Positions 13,006 to 26,158 of a DNA stretch of 64,000 bases are shown here, one piece after another. Made by a program: the position numbers and the translations under genes. The notes beneath the pieces were generated by a model, which made no database searches, was not told the origin of the DNA, and saw nothing but the letters and a program-made list of their open reading frames with translations. Within the stretch, counting starts at the first letter, position 1, and every line of letters begins with the position of its first letter. Source of the DNA: Eledone cirrhosa (taxonomy: Eukaryota); assembly GCA_964016885.1 (NCBI GenBank), contig OZ024742.1, positions 270,816,001-270,880,000 on the forward strand. The letters run 5' to 3'.

Positions 13006-14355
13006 GAAATGGTTATTGATACTGCCTGTACTAATTATATCCTACTGTATGTTTCAGATTAAATATATGAAACATTTGGGGCATTCTCTACCCTCGTAAT
13101 TTTAGACACGGAATATACTGTGTTTATTTCTACATATATTATTATATAATGCACATAACCATATATATTCTGAAACTACATTGCCCAGGGTACTTGGATA
13201 AGTATACTTCATTTTCATCAAATGGTTCCCCGGAGGCAGAAACACCCACGAAAAATGTTTACCCTTTGATTTATATGAAATTTAAACCATAGGTAAATGA
13301 CAAGATATGATGCCTATTAACAACATTTCAGCAAAATTCAATTATATTAAGACACCCTAACAGAGTTTTTCTCCCTAAATTACATCACTGATTTAAAATC
13401 AATCATCACGTTCTTACAAAAGAAATGTGTGAAACGCAGCAAGGTGCTGGTAATTCGGCTAGTATGCACATAAATACATAAATAAATGAAGCTAAGTATC
13501 CAGTAATATAGATAGTAACTCTGTTTTTTAGTCAAATTGTGTAATAAAAAGGTGATAGCTAAAAGTAAGTAAAACACAAAATCAGTTGTGTTGTACTCTC
13601 CTCCAATAACTCTCATTTCTGTAACACGACAATGGCATTTCCTTACGTATGAAACCCTGGTGATCCGACTTAATCTATAGATTTAAACATAAAATACAAA
13701 TCTATGCACTTAAAACTTACTTTATACTAATGCTTTTTCCCAAAAGGCATCTTAGAAAATCGTCGCATATGTACTAGATATACATTATTTAAACTCTTCC
13801 AACCCACTAATTTGTACACTAATATACACTACTATTGTTATGTCCGGTAAAACATGACAATTAAATATTATCGCAACTTTTTCTCCATACGTCATTTATT
13901 CTTGACGGATTCTAAAGCTTTAACACACATACTAACACACACATGCCATTTCTTAATTTATACTTCTTAATAAGTTCTTGTCTGAATTGTTGATTATTTC
14001 TGTATATTTAAACCAACATTCTATGCAATAGACAACACATCAACCTGACTATTATGTGAACTAATTTAAATGTGTTAGAATTTCATCGGTGACTGATGCC
14101 ATTCGTTAATTGTTCACAGATAAAAGATATTAATTATGAACTCACAACAGATATCAGAAAATTGGAATCCGACAGATTGACTTGCGAATTAGTTCGTTTT
14201 ATTAATAAATTATGGATGAGGTAACAGTGTTTTGTTTCAATGGTATTGTGTATAACAAAGAATAACCATAGATATTAGCAAACACTATGAATAAGAGGTA
14301 TACAAAAGTATGTCTCTAACTCACACAGACACACACACACACACTAACTCACACA

Positions 14356-14420
<65 letters not shown>

Positions 14421-14427
14421 TTGTATG

Positions 14428-14524
<97 letters not shown>

Positions 14525-14594
14525 CCAAGGAAGTGGCGTAGGGAACTAGATGGACCATAACGCACCAGAGTACTCAATACATAGGGTAATAGAG

Positions 14595-14670
14595 TGGGTA
14601 ATAGAAAAATGTTCAAGACCTCGACGACAGAGCTCAAGCCGTTTCGACGGCTATTTCTGGTCAATTTTCC

Positions 14671-14747
<77 letters not shown>

Positions 14748-14822
14748 ATGTTCAAGACCCCGACGGGAGAGCACAAGCCGTTTCGGCGGCGGCTATTTCT
14801 GGACCAGAAATTTCGGGTCATG
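14595..14822 (-). repeat. Two short copies (a third at 9603-9690) of a repeat carrying the 3' half of a hammerhead
   Basis: Minus strand GCC-GAAAC-GG..CC-GTC-GGGGTC, with upstream GACCC able to form stem I. The CUGANGA core is missing. All copies abut (TA)n. Confidence 0.5.
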
Positions 14823-14823
14823 T

Positions 14824-15388
<565 letters not shown>

Positions 15389-15444
15389 ATATATATATAT
15401 ATATATAGAAAGATTTGAATGGATACAGTTTAGTTGAAAGGAAT

Positions 15445-15561
15445 TTATTGACACGTGTTTCTATAACAGTTACATAACCTAAAACAGCTATCTACAAACT
15501 TTTAGTTATGCAGACATTCAATATTTCAATGTTATTATTTACTGTCATTTCATCAGAATAA
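15445..15561 (-). ncRNA. Type I hammerhead with giant stem II (inverted copy of 17272-17388)
   Basis: Reverse complement of the 17272-17388 motif. Confidence 0.7.
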
Positions 15562-16127
15562 TATTACTGAGGACCTATTTAGTTTTTATAGAGAATATTA
15601 GGAGGGAGGGGTGAAGTTGTTAGAAGAATAGTTGAAGGAGTGGTTTTTCGATAGCTGTGAGAATTCTTGGTGGCAGTGAGTAATTAGATTCCCATCTGTT
15701 GTTTTGACATTTTTTATAGAATATATTATTGGTTATTTTTCTAAATCTATAGAAGGATTAGAGATAGTAAATATATGCGTGGTTGGTTTTGTGTTTGCAC
15801 TTAATTAACATTCAGACTTAAATTTTTCTTTCAAGTGTACGTATCCTTTCACCCACGCATTCATACACAAATATATTTGCACACCTCTACAAAATACATA
15901 TACTCACAATTCACATATTCATACTTACATATATATACACATGCATACACATATATATACACACATGTATTCATGTACATACATACGCGCTCATGTGTAT
16001 ACATTTTCATACTCAACTTATCTTTATATACACACGTATAGACACACACATATATACATACATACTCTAGTCCATGTGTACACACATACACATACATACA
16101 CATCCATATACACATACATACATACAC

Positions 16128-16194
<67 letters not shown>

Positions 16195-17271
16195 TACATA
16201 CATATACACACATATATATATATATATATAAGCACTTTAATACATGAATACACTTACATCTAACTATACACATCAAACATATATATATATTTACTTAATT
16301 ATATACATTTTCACATATATATACATACTTATGGACGTTTTTAGACACATTCATTATCGCATATTTGTACCTATTCTCATCAGCATATCTTTTCATTATT
16401 AGTATGGTAATTTAAGGTTATTAATATATGTTGAGAAGAGATTGTTTTTATATTTTTCTAACTAGATTAAGGTTTATATAGTTGGGGGATGTCCCTCTTT
16501 TATGTAATATTCGGCTTGTAGTGGGAAAAAAGGGTTTTAGTTCTGTGACGGCAGAATAATGTTCGTTCAATTCTGTTATTCAGCAGTTTCTTCTTGTGTG
16601 TGATTATGTAATAAATCTCAAGATTACACAATTTGCAGAAATTTTGGCTCCTGGAAAAGCTTTGGGTTTTAGCTAATTTTTCCCATTTTAGGGTAAACAT
16701 TTGATTGCTATCCCTGAGCGTCCAAGCTTTTTCTGCTAAAGTTGTTACATAAAGTTGTTACGAGTATGTATGTATGTATATATGTGTGTGTCTATACGTG
16801 TGTATATAAAGATAAGTTGAGTATGAAAATGTATACACATGAGCGCGTATGTATGTACATGAATACATGTGTGTATATATATGTGTATGCATGTGTATAT
16901 ATATGTAAGTATGAATATGTGAATTGTGAGTATATGTATTTTGTAGAGGTGTGCAAATATATTTGTGTATGAATGCGTGGGTGAAAGGATACGTACACTT
17001 GAAAGAAAAATTTAAGTCTGAATGTTAATTAAGTGCAAACACAAAACCAACCACGCATATCTTTACTATCTCTAATCCTTCTATAGATTTAGAAAAATAA
17101 CCAATAATATATTCTATAAAAAATGTCAAAACAACAGATGGGAATCTAATTACTCACTGCCACCAATAATTCTCACTGCTATCGAAAAACCACTCCTTCA
17201 ACTATTCTTCTAACAACTTCACCCCTCCCTCCTAATATTCTCTATAAAAACTAAATAGGTCCTCAGTAATA

Positions 17272-17388
17272 TTATTCTGATGAAATGACAGTAAATAATA
17301 ACATTGAAATATTGAATGTCTGCATAACTAAAAGTTTGTAGATAGCTGTTTTAGGCTATGTAACTGTTATAGAAACACGTGTCAATAA
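17272..17388 (+). ncRNA. Type I hammerhead with giant stem II in pLTR
   Basis: Stem I TTATT/AATAA; CTGATGA at 17277-17283; stem II ATGACAGT/ACTGTTAT enclosing ~70 nt; GAAAC-ACGT-GTC (palindromic ACACGTGT); AATAAA directly after the cleavage site. Confidence 0.7.
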
Positions 17389-17535
17389 ATTCCTTTCAAC
17401 TAAACTGTATCCATTCAAATCTTTCTATTTTTCTCCGGATTACTTTTGGAACTACAACTGGAACCGTCGAGCAAACTCTACGTGAGCTGATAATCTACTG
17501 TGTGTAATATTTATATTACAACACAACGGAAAATA

Positions 17536-17578
<43 letters not shown>

Positions 17579-17708
17579 AATGTATATATAGTGTATTTTG
17601 CAATACATTGTATGCTTAATTAAAAGCATTTCGAAGACCTTATGCTATTGGTTTAGAGTAGTAACAGTCTCACTTACTTTAAATGTTCAGCAAACAGGGG
17701 GAGATAAT

Positions 17709-17751
17709 GCTGACAGAGCTATGTTTCGTACTGATTGGTACTTATCAAAGC
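17709..17751 (-). ncRNA. Type I hammerhead, U3-A8 core variant
   Basis: GCT-TTGATAA-GTAC-CAATCA-GTAC-GAAAC-ATAGCTCT-GTC-AGC, enclosed by a 13-bp inverted repeat (17686-17698 / 17763-17775). Confidence 0.7.
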
Positions 17752-18084
17752 CAAGTACCACACCTGTTTGCTGAAAATCATGAATGTTTGATTCTTATAG
17801 AATTTCTCGTAATAATCAGGAACTGATTATATACAGCGGTTAACATATAATATAAGCAAGCCAGGCCAGCACTTGAGAATACTTTTCCGACAGTCGACTT
17901 ATTTTTCAATCAGTAAGCGATATTTACTAATTTGTTGGCTAACAATCCTGAGACATTCCCACTTACCCCAGTCGATTTAATATTTGTTTGCAATACTTCC
18001 TGAGACATAATCACTTACACCCTTTGCACACATTATTATTGGTGTTAGTACCAAGCCATATGTCCCATTACGTACATAGATAGA

Positions 18085-18272
18085 AATAATTGTTTCTACG
18101 TTAGGCACAAGTCCAGCAATTACTCAGTGTATTACTGGTACTTTATTTTATCGACCCCGTAAGGATGAAGGGCAAAGTTAACCTCGGCGGGATTTGAACT
18201 CAGAATGGCAAGGGCCGTAACTCTATGCGCCAAAGCATGGCATCCGAAACTCTACCAATACTGCCGATCCAC
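18085..18272 (-). mobile_element. tRNA-head SINE
   Basis: Same family as 7017-7209. Confidence 0.85.
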
Positions 18273-18320
18273 ATAAATAATGGACTTTTGAGAAAGCCCC
18301 CGCCAAAAAATATCCCCACA

Positions 18321-21300
18321 TCTATGTTAAAAATCACATACGCTGGCGTTAAGCGGTAATGTCTAAGTATCTTAGTACAGACAATACAGTGCAGAGAGGC
18401 GGAATATTGTTAAGGCAAACTGTCTTAAGTTAAGTCGACAATTGTAGTTGTTGAGGCACGGTTGAAGGGCATAGGGTTAAGGACTAATGCATACACATAC
18501 GGTGGTTCGACAATCTGTCACAACTAAACTATCACCCGAGGGAGTTTTAGACTGAAAACTATTAACCTCTTCTACATCAACTAACCTAAGTATGAACAGA
18601 TACTTAAACTTACTAGCCCCCTTTGCACATGGTTTTCTGCATCCACAAGTTATACGTTGTTGTTTAATATATCCTAGGCTAAGACCCCAAAGAAGAGAGT
18701 TTGTTTCGGAAGAAAAACGCCCTTTTCAAAAAGACTGCAAATGCGGAGAGCAAATGAACAGTCCCCAGAAGCTGCTATTACGCCATTGCAAAAGGATGCA
18801 TCAACAGCCACTGCCCGAACTGCTGAGAGTAACGGACAGAGTGACCTTAGACCGGCAATAAATGATTTATCAGAAACCGACATCCGATCTGCTGAGGATG
18901 ACGACCAGTGTGCCCTGCGAAAAGCACGAAAAGCTGCATTAAAAGCCGCTGCCCGAACTGCTGAGACTGCAGAACAGCGTTACCTGCGTCTAAGAAAACT
19001 GCTGCATCAACTGCTGCCACTCGAACTGCTGAGAGTGCAGAAGAGCATGCCCAACGTCAACCAGAAGTTGCTGCGTCAACTGCTGCCACCCGTGCTGTTG
19101 AGAGTGCAGAACAGCTGCCTTTCCTCAAGCAGGAGATGCTGCATCAACTGCTGCCGCCCGAGCTGCTGAGACCTCCGACGCCTGACAGGATCGCCTGGAG
19201 AGTATCGCCCACCGTAGAAATACTTGGCAGTGTGTTTCAAGGCTATGTAGTTCAAGATGGATACTAGAAGCATTTGAATATAAGCCCGACAGCGACTATG
19301 CTAACCATCCAGACATGCTAATTTCGAGTATGCGAGATACTTCCACATTTTGCTCTGCGAATAAGTGGCCAGGAGAACCAGCGGACATGTATTGTGCAAA
19401 TGGAAAGGTCAAGTTACCCGCTCTAGAGGATTCGCCCCAGCCATTGCTGCTGCCTCTTACAGGCACAAACCCCAGAATCAAATCATTTCCTAAGTAATAC
19501 CAGAAAGTACAACTGTGCCGTTCAAATGACCTATTTCGGGGCGAATATCGCTAGGGAAGGTGGGTTTATGCCTACGTTATACATTCCAAGGGCATGTTTA
19601 CCATAGGACAGGACCACTTTAGCCCGTTGCGAACCAAGAACCTTAGTTTCCTCAACTGTACTTCGTTGGCAGCTACCAAGAGCAAGCGAGAAGACGAAAT
19701 ACTATATCACCCGGCACTAATTTCGAGCTGACATTGCAGCTCCAAGAGATGTTACATGCAAAATCAGTTATGTGCAGACTTTAAAATATATGTTAGAAAC
19801 AGCATCAATCCCCAATTTTAATGTTGTCATTAATGCTGACAAACGGCCATCTGGAGAGCATGCTGGCCGCTATAATCCGCCTACATGCAACGAAATCGCC
19901 ATTGTGCTTTAAGGTGAGCAGCCAAATCCAAGGGGCATCGTCTCACGTGTCGCGACAACACTCTTAAGCGAATCACTCAAATCCACCGATCCTACGACGC
20001 GCTAAAATACCTGTTGCTCTTCGTGAATGGAGAAGACGGTTATCATTTGGGCATACACCAGCGTAATCCTCACAGACCAGACGAGTCTATGCATACTGCT
20101 TCATGACCCGAAGAAACTGCCTGAATCATCTCCACAGTTCACGCGAGCTATTCCATCAATTTGCACTCGACATGTGCGCCAAGATGGAGTCCGAGAGGCT
20201 GCGCTACATCAGGTTCAACCAACAAAAGCTGCGTTCAGAGAGTTATATTCACCTTCGTGATGTTATCAACAATGACGGTGCTCCTGGAGGCTTAGGGCAG
20301 GTGTGCATTTTGCCTTCCACCTTCAAGGGGGTCCGCGGTATATGCATGAGAGGACGCAAGACGCCATTACATATGTGCGCCACTACGGTCGGCCGTTAAT
20401 TCATTACCTTTACCTGCAACCCCAAGTGGAAGGAGAGGAGGCTGAACTCTTCCAAGGCCTGAATGCCAAAGACAGGCATGACCCTCTAGCCAGGGTCTTC
20501 CGACTTAAGTTACAGAAACTCATGGACCTTATCAAGAAACGGCAGGTATTTGGGCCTGTAAAATGCGACATGTACACAGTTGAGTGGCAAAAAAGGGGTC
20601 TGCCACATGCCCATATTCTTATTTGGATATCAACAAAGATTAACTCCATCAACATTGACAGGCTTATCTCGACAGAACTTCCCAACCCCTATGTTGACAA
20701 AAATCCTCTATGACATAGTGCGGGCAAACATGGTTCATGGTCCATGCGGGCGTGAATTTAGCCTACACTCACCATGCTTGAGAGATTCAGTTTGCAGCAA
20801 AAAATTTCCGAAGCAGCTTCTTCAAGAGACCCAGACCGGCAAAGACGGATACCCCCTGTACAGACGAAGAAAGCTGGACGATGGCGGGTTTACAGTGCAC
20901 ATTGGGCCATACGAATTAGACATGTAGATAGTGCCATACTGTCCTACTCTATCCAAGGCGTTTAATGTAGAGTATTGCAACTCCGTGAAGTCCATCAAAT
21001 ATGTCTGCAAGTACACAATAAGGGCTCAGATGCTGCTATGTTCGACCTGCAGCAAGACGGCAATCGGGACCAAGTTACACTGTACCAAGGAGGTAGGTAC
21101 ATAAGCAGTAACGAGGCCTTTGGTGCCTTTTCGGTTTCCCCTTGCATCAAAGGTACCAACCCATCCAACAACTTGCTGTTCACCTTGAAAACGGTCAACA
21201 CGTATACTTCACTGCTTCCACTGCTGCTCGATTGGTCGAGGAATCGAAGAACACTACCCTCACTGCCTTCTTTAACTTTTGTCAAGTCGATCCATTCGCC

Positions 21301-24300
21301 CAAACTTTGTGATATCTACAGGTACCGTCCTACTACATCTGGAAAAAAAACAAGTGGCAACGGAAGAAGATGGGTCAACACGTTCATGGATACTCTGCTA
21401 TTAAATTTGACATTTGACTCGGGAGAGTTTACACAGTTCATTCAAACCAACAAGAGTGTTTCTACCTTCTTCTGCTACTTCAGGATGTTAGGGGACCAAC
21501 GTCTTACCAATATTTGAAAACAGTCTACGGTCGGCTTTGCGCTACTTTCAGAGAGGCCTGCTTAAGACATGGACTTTTAGAAGTCTGCGCACAGTGGGAT
21601 GCTACGTTCGCTGAGGCCGCCTTTTCACAGTCGCCGAAAAGTATCAGGGCTCTCTTTGCAGTGCTCCAGCACATTTGCGAAGTCTCAGATCTCGTATCTC
21701 TGTGGTTGAAGTATAGAGATGCTCTGGCGGAAGACTTTTACCACCAAACACAATTGCGGTATCCTAGCCTTGATGCTGCCAGTGACGACGTCTATAACTG
21801 TGCTTTGATTGACGTGGAAAACAGGACAGTTTCACTGGGTGGGAGTACTTCGCCAACGTACAGGCTGCCGCAACCAGTACGGACAGGGATTGATAACCTT
21901 CCGACAGAGCTCATTCGCGAAACAGCCTATGATATTGACGCTGTTGCCCAATACGTCCGTGAAACAGAGCCACGATTCTTCCGGTACAGCAGCGGGCCTA
22001 CAACACTATTTTCGACCATGTGCGAAACCGGAAAGGGGGAATCTTCTTCCTAGATGCACCTGGAGGGACAGGAAAAACGTTTGTAACTAAGCTCCTTCTA
22101 GCCAAAGTGAGGCAGCACAAGGACATCACGTTAGCCGTGGCATCCTCTGGTATTGCTGCAACTTTGTTACCTGGCGGTAGGACACCACACCCAGCCTTTA
22201 AGCTCGCCCTGAACTTGGCAACATCCGAGACACCGTCCTGCAACATTAGCAAAACTTCGGAAAGGGACTGGTTCTCCGATGGCATCAGCTCATAGTGTGG
22301 GATGAATGTACGATGGCCCATAAAGGAGTTCTGGAAGCACAAGACACTACTTTGCAAGGCATCAGAGACTGCCAGACTGCGATGGGAGGTGTCACCTTTC
22401 TCCTATCCGGGAAATTCTGACAGAACCTTCCCGTTATTCCCTAGGGAACCACGGCAGATGATGTCCTGGCGTGCCTCAGGTCCTCTCCGTTGTGGGAAAA
22501 GGTAACAAAGTTGACCCTGACAACTAACATGAGAGCCCAACTGCACGGCGACCAACTGGCAGCAGAGTTTACTTCGGATATTTTGTCACTTGGCGATGGC
22601 AAGATCACACTGGATGGAAATGGCGATTTGTCACTGTCAACACAGTCGAGGCCCTCAAGGCTCAAGTGTTTCCCAGTCTTCCTGATAACTATGTGAAAGA
22701 GCCATTTTAGCTCCAAAAAACAGCACGCTCAACGCTATCAACGAGCAACTGTTGCATTCTCTTCCTGGAATGCTGCATATTTACAAGTCCGCCGATACAG
22801 TCCCCGACCAAGACCAAGCGGTAAACTACCCTGTTCAATTCCTCAATTCGCTAGAACCTCCTGGACTGCCTCCTCATAGACTGGGACTAAACGTTGGAAC
22901 TCCAATAATGTTTCTTAGGAATTTGGATCCTCCAAAACTTAGCAACGGTACACGTCTGGTTATAAAGAAGGTAATGCAGCACGTCGTTGAAGCCACCATT
23001 GTTTCAGGGTGTGGCAAAGGAGAGGATGTGTTCGTTCGTAGAACACCACTCATTCCATCAGGTGCAGAAATTCCGTTTAGCTTCAGACATCTTCAATTTC
23101 CGCTTCTCATAAGTTTTGCCATGTCTATCAACAAGTCCCAGCGGCAGACAGTCTCGGTGGCAGGACTTCCCTTGGTAGAATCATGCTTCTCACACGGTCA
23201 AGTATACGTAGGCTGCTCCAGGGTGGGGAGCAAAGAAAGTTATTTCGCGAACACTCCACGCGGGAAAACAAAGAACATTGTCTACGAAGAGATTTTACGC
23301 CAATATACCATGTGTGCTCAAATGGACTAATCAAGGTAAGGTTGTATACTACTGCCCCTATATAATTTCCTATTTACACCTTCCTATTACCATCCTCACT
23401 ACAATCAGGTATAAGTCAGGAATTCGGAAACAACCACAGGCAGAAGGAATGACCAAAAAGAACTCGGATGAAACCTTCCACAGTTTTCCACTACATCAAA
23501 CGGCCACTGCTATATCCTCTGCAGATTGACACGTTGTAAGCAATGTCAATGTTACTACTGCTACATAGGACTCCCATTACCATCCGCAGTAGTCAGTTTA
23601 TTGAAGAAGAAAGAGAAGGGTCTCCCATTTGCCCTCCAAAACGCCATTGACAATAACGAAAACCGCTAACATCAATGGGGAATAATACAATGTAGGTCGC
23701 TTTAACCTTCTTTTATTAATCAAAAAACTTCTTGCCAATAAACATTAACCCTTTGTGCACCATTCATCTAACTGTAGACCAATATATTCTAACTAAACGG
23801 AGGATTGACAAGAACGATGGCGAATGAATCTTTGAGGTAAGCAGTTTCCTCCTGAGATGTTGGTTCAAGCAGGATTCTCTGCTACACCTTTTCGTAATAA
23901 TACCGAACAACCTACTGCTGGTCACTCCTTCTTCCAAAAGCCGTTCAAAGCGGACATGCGCATCAGGCAGATGGATTGGGTGCAAATCTACACCAGGCCT
24001 ACGCGAGAAATTCGCAAGGGTCTGCACCATGAGGGATTGAGAGAAAGAGTAATTTAGTGGAAAGAGTGCGAATGAAATGTTGATGTAAGTAGCCTACGCC
24101 TTACGGCTATGACACTGGGACCTTCTGCCAACTTAACCTGTGACTTTCTCTTTCACATTTACTCCAATAGGCCAACACAGAGGAGTATGGAAAGAAGGGG
24201 CTCAACAATATTTCTATGAACAATGCACGTAGACAGCTAGACTGTACTTTCAACTTCTTAATTTTCTCCAAATAAAATAAGTTTCCTGTCGGTATATTTT

Positions 24301-24403
24301 CGTGAGTTTTTAACAGGCACTCACAAATAAACGTTTCCCATTGTAGGTGCTATTGTAGGTGCTATTACCAATGTTCTTACCCGTGCAACGCCGGGACTGC
24401 TAC
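18321..24403 (+). mobile_element. Helitron, near full-length, decayed
   Basis: Putative 5' end A|TCTATGTTAAAA at 18321. 3' hairpin CCCGTGCAACGCCGGG (24380-24395) followed by CTAC|T (degenerate CTRR). Internal RepHel pseudogene. Confidence 0.8.
18670..23300 (+). pseudogene. Helitron Rep-helicase (HUH Rep + PIF1-like SF1 helicase), many frameshifts
   Basis: N-terminal RxAETAEQR-type repeats; FCSANKWPGEPADMYCANGKVKLP zinc motif; ITFTCNP; VEWQKRGLPHAHIL; KYVCKY; DAPGGTGKT; WDEC; QFPLLISFAMSINKSQ; FSHGQVYVGCSRV. Confidence 0.95.
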
Positions 24404-25943
24404 TATATTATAAGTTCATCGACAGTTACAAGATGATTAACTTTCAGCAATGTAATTCGCTTTACGCTGGAAATAATTAAGGTATTGGCTGGTAAGGGAC
24501 AAGGATCCAACTGCAGTGTGGGCAAATAGAAGCGGAGAGATTGATGTTTGAGTTGCGTTTGAACAAAAGCAGTAAGTCAGCCTCAACCAAACAGCATAGG
24601 CCACTGTAATAGTGATAATGATTTGAAGGAGACGAGGTAGCAAGTTTCTTATCCAACAGATGAAATGTGTTGATTGATGAATACATACTAATTCTTCTGT
24701 TATTATATATATGATGCAGTCAAACATGTGTAAGCTTATTTCAATTACATTTGCACTTGAGATTAGTATAATCGGTCTGTGAAGCGTAATTCTGTTCTTT
24801 GTCTTACATGTGTTACTACGTTGTGAATGTACATCTGGTAGGAGAGAGTGTTTGGGACAACAATATAAGTATGTATTGTGGCTTGTGGAACTTAGTGTAC
24901 GGTGCATAATCATGGCGGGCAATTATATATAGTTAATATGTAGAGTAATTGTGTCTTGTAAAATGAGGCCTTTATTACCAAAATGCAAATCATGTTTTAA
25001 TATCCTTTTCATTTTCGGCAAGAGATGAATATGTGCAATGTAGATGACGCTTGTGTGAGGAAAGTGTGATTATAGGTTTTAACTAGATTGAATCGTGAAT
25101 TGGTACTTGATGTATAGGAGCGATTTGTATGTTCAAATACATTTATTTAAGCTTGAAAAACAATAGTCTTTTTTAATCTATGTCAAACCCAGAAAACCAT
25201 GAACCTATTTTACGGGTATTCATTATAAAAGATATATAGACAGCTTTTCAAAGTATGTTGTATACCATCATATTAAGAAAATTCTTTCCAGATGTCGAGT
25301 CCAAATTTTGCAGGGACAAATGTTTGATTAAAATTGACATTGGTACGTACGGCTTTTGAAGAACGCATTTGTTGATATCCTTACAGGTGGTTCTTAAAAA
25401 AGACACTTGGATAGTTAGGTTGCTATTTGGATCATGGTAATTGGAATTGAGTCATTTGTGGTAGGTTTCCAATGAGAGGGATCTATGTCTGGAAGGATAG
25501 AAAGAGACACTGCAATTTAAGGAATTGAGTTATAAATCGAGCACACTCTGACGGTAATAGAACGTACAACGCCAGAGAAAGTCACGTGTATGTTTAAGAT
25601 TCCCCGCTGGTCTTTGTTACTTGACATGAATATATCAATGTTGATGCGTCAGAAGAAGAATAGACAGCAGAGAGAGTTGCACACGTTTTCCCCAGATTGG
25701 GAAGTGGTAAATAGAAGAGACAGCATGAAGGATTTATGTAAATAATTTCCTTGGGATTATCAGCTTTTCGACTATTATGATTGTGCTTTGTAATGTAGGT
25801 TAATAGTGCAAAATCATACATCATAGTTACTGATGATCGAGGAGAGGAAAAGTGTTTTGGAACTGCGGGGAATATTGGCATATAATAAGTTTCGGTTACT
25901 GTAGTCTTGTTAATGCAATAGTGATATGTAAGAACTGTCAAGG

Positions 25944-25976
<33 letters not shown>

Positions 25977-25977
25977 G

Positions 25978-26082
<105 letters not shown>

Positions 26083-26122
26083 AGGAAAGCGAAAATGCAA
26101 TATATATATATTTATATGGTTC

Positions 26123-26158
26123 CTTTACAGGTTTCGCAGTTCTTCTGCTTTTCAAAAG
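26123..26158 (-). ncRNA. Minimal type I hammerhead, U3-A8 core variant
   Basis: CTT-TTGAAAA-GCAG-AAGAA-CTGC-GAAAC-CT-GTA-AAG. Stem II is perfect; stems I and III are minimal. Confidence 0.55.

Larger units (their letters stand above)
12213..13152. mobile_element. Non-coding HHR-bearing ~461-bp unit: 1.5 tandem copies (- sense) plus an inverted copy (+ sense); retrozyme/pLTR-like
   Basis: The block starting at 12213 repeats from 12674 (period 461). 12893-13152 is the reverse complement. The unit contains a hammerhead. Confidence 0.8.
15406..17427 (-). mobile_element. Penelope-like insertion: 5'-truncated GIY-YIG end plus pLTR, with an inverted pLTR copy
   Basis: Arms 15406-16067 and 16762-17427 are near-identical inverted repeats. 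16500-16745(-) encodes LAEKAWTLRD..LKWEKL..FCKLCNLE...LLNNRIE..CRH (CxLC..LNxRxE..CRH PLE endonuclease tail; Nematis-like, tentative). Confidence 0.88.

Noticed and set aside
24430-25520. 161-aa minus-strand ORF and possible ancient RT remnant
   Set aside because: No diagnostic motif could be read with confidence.
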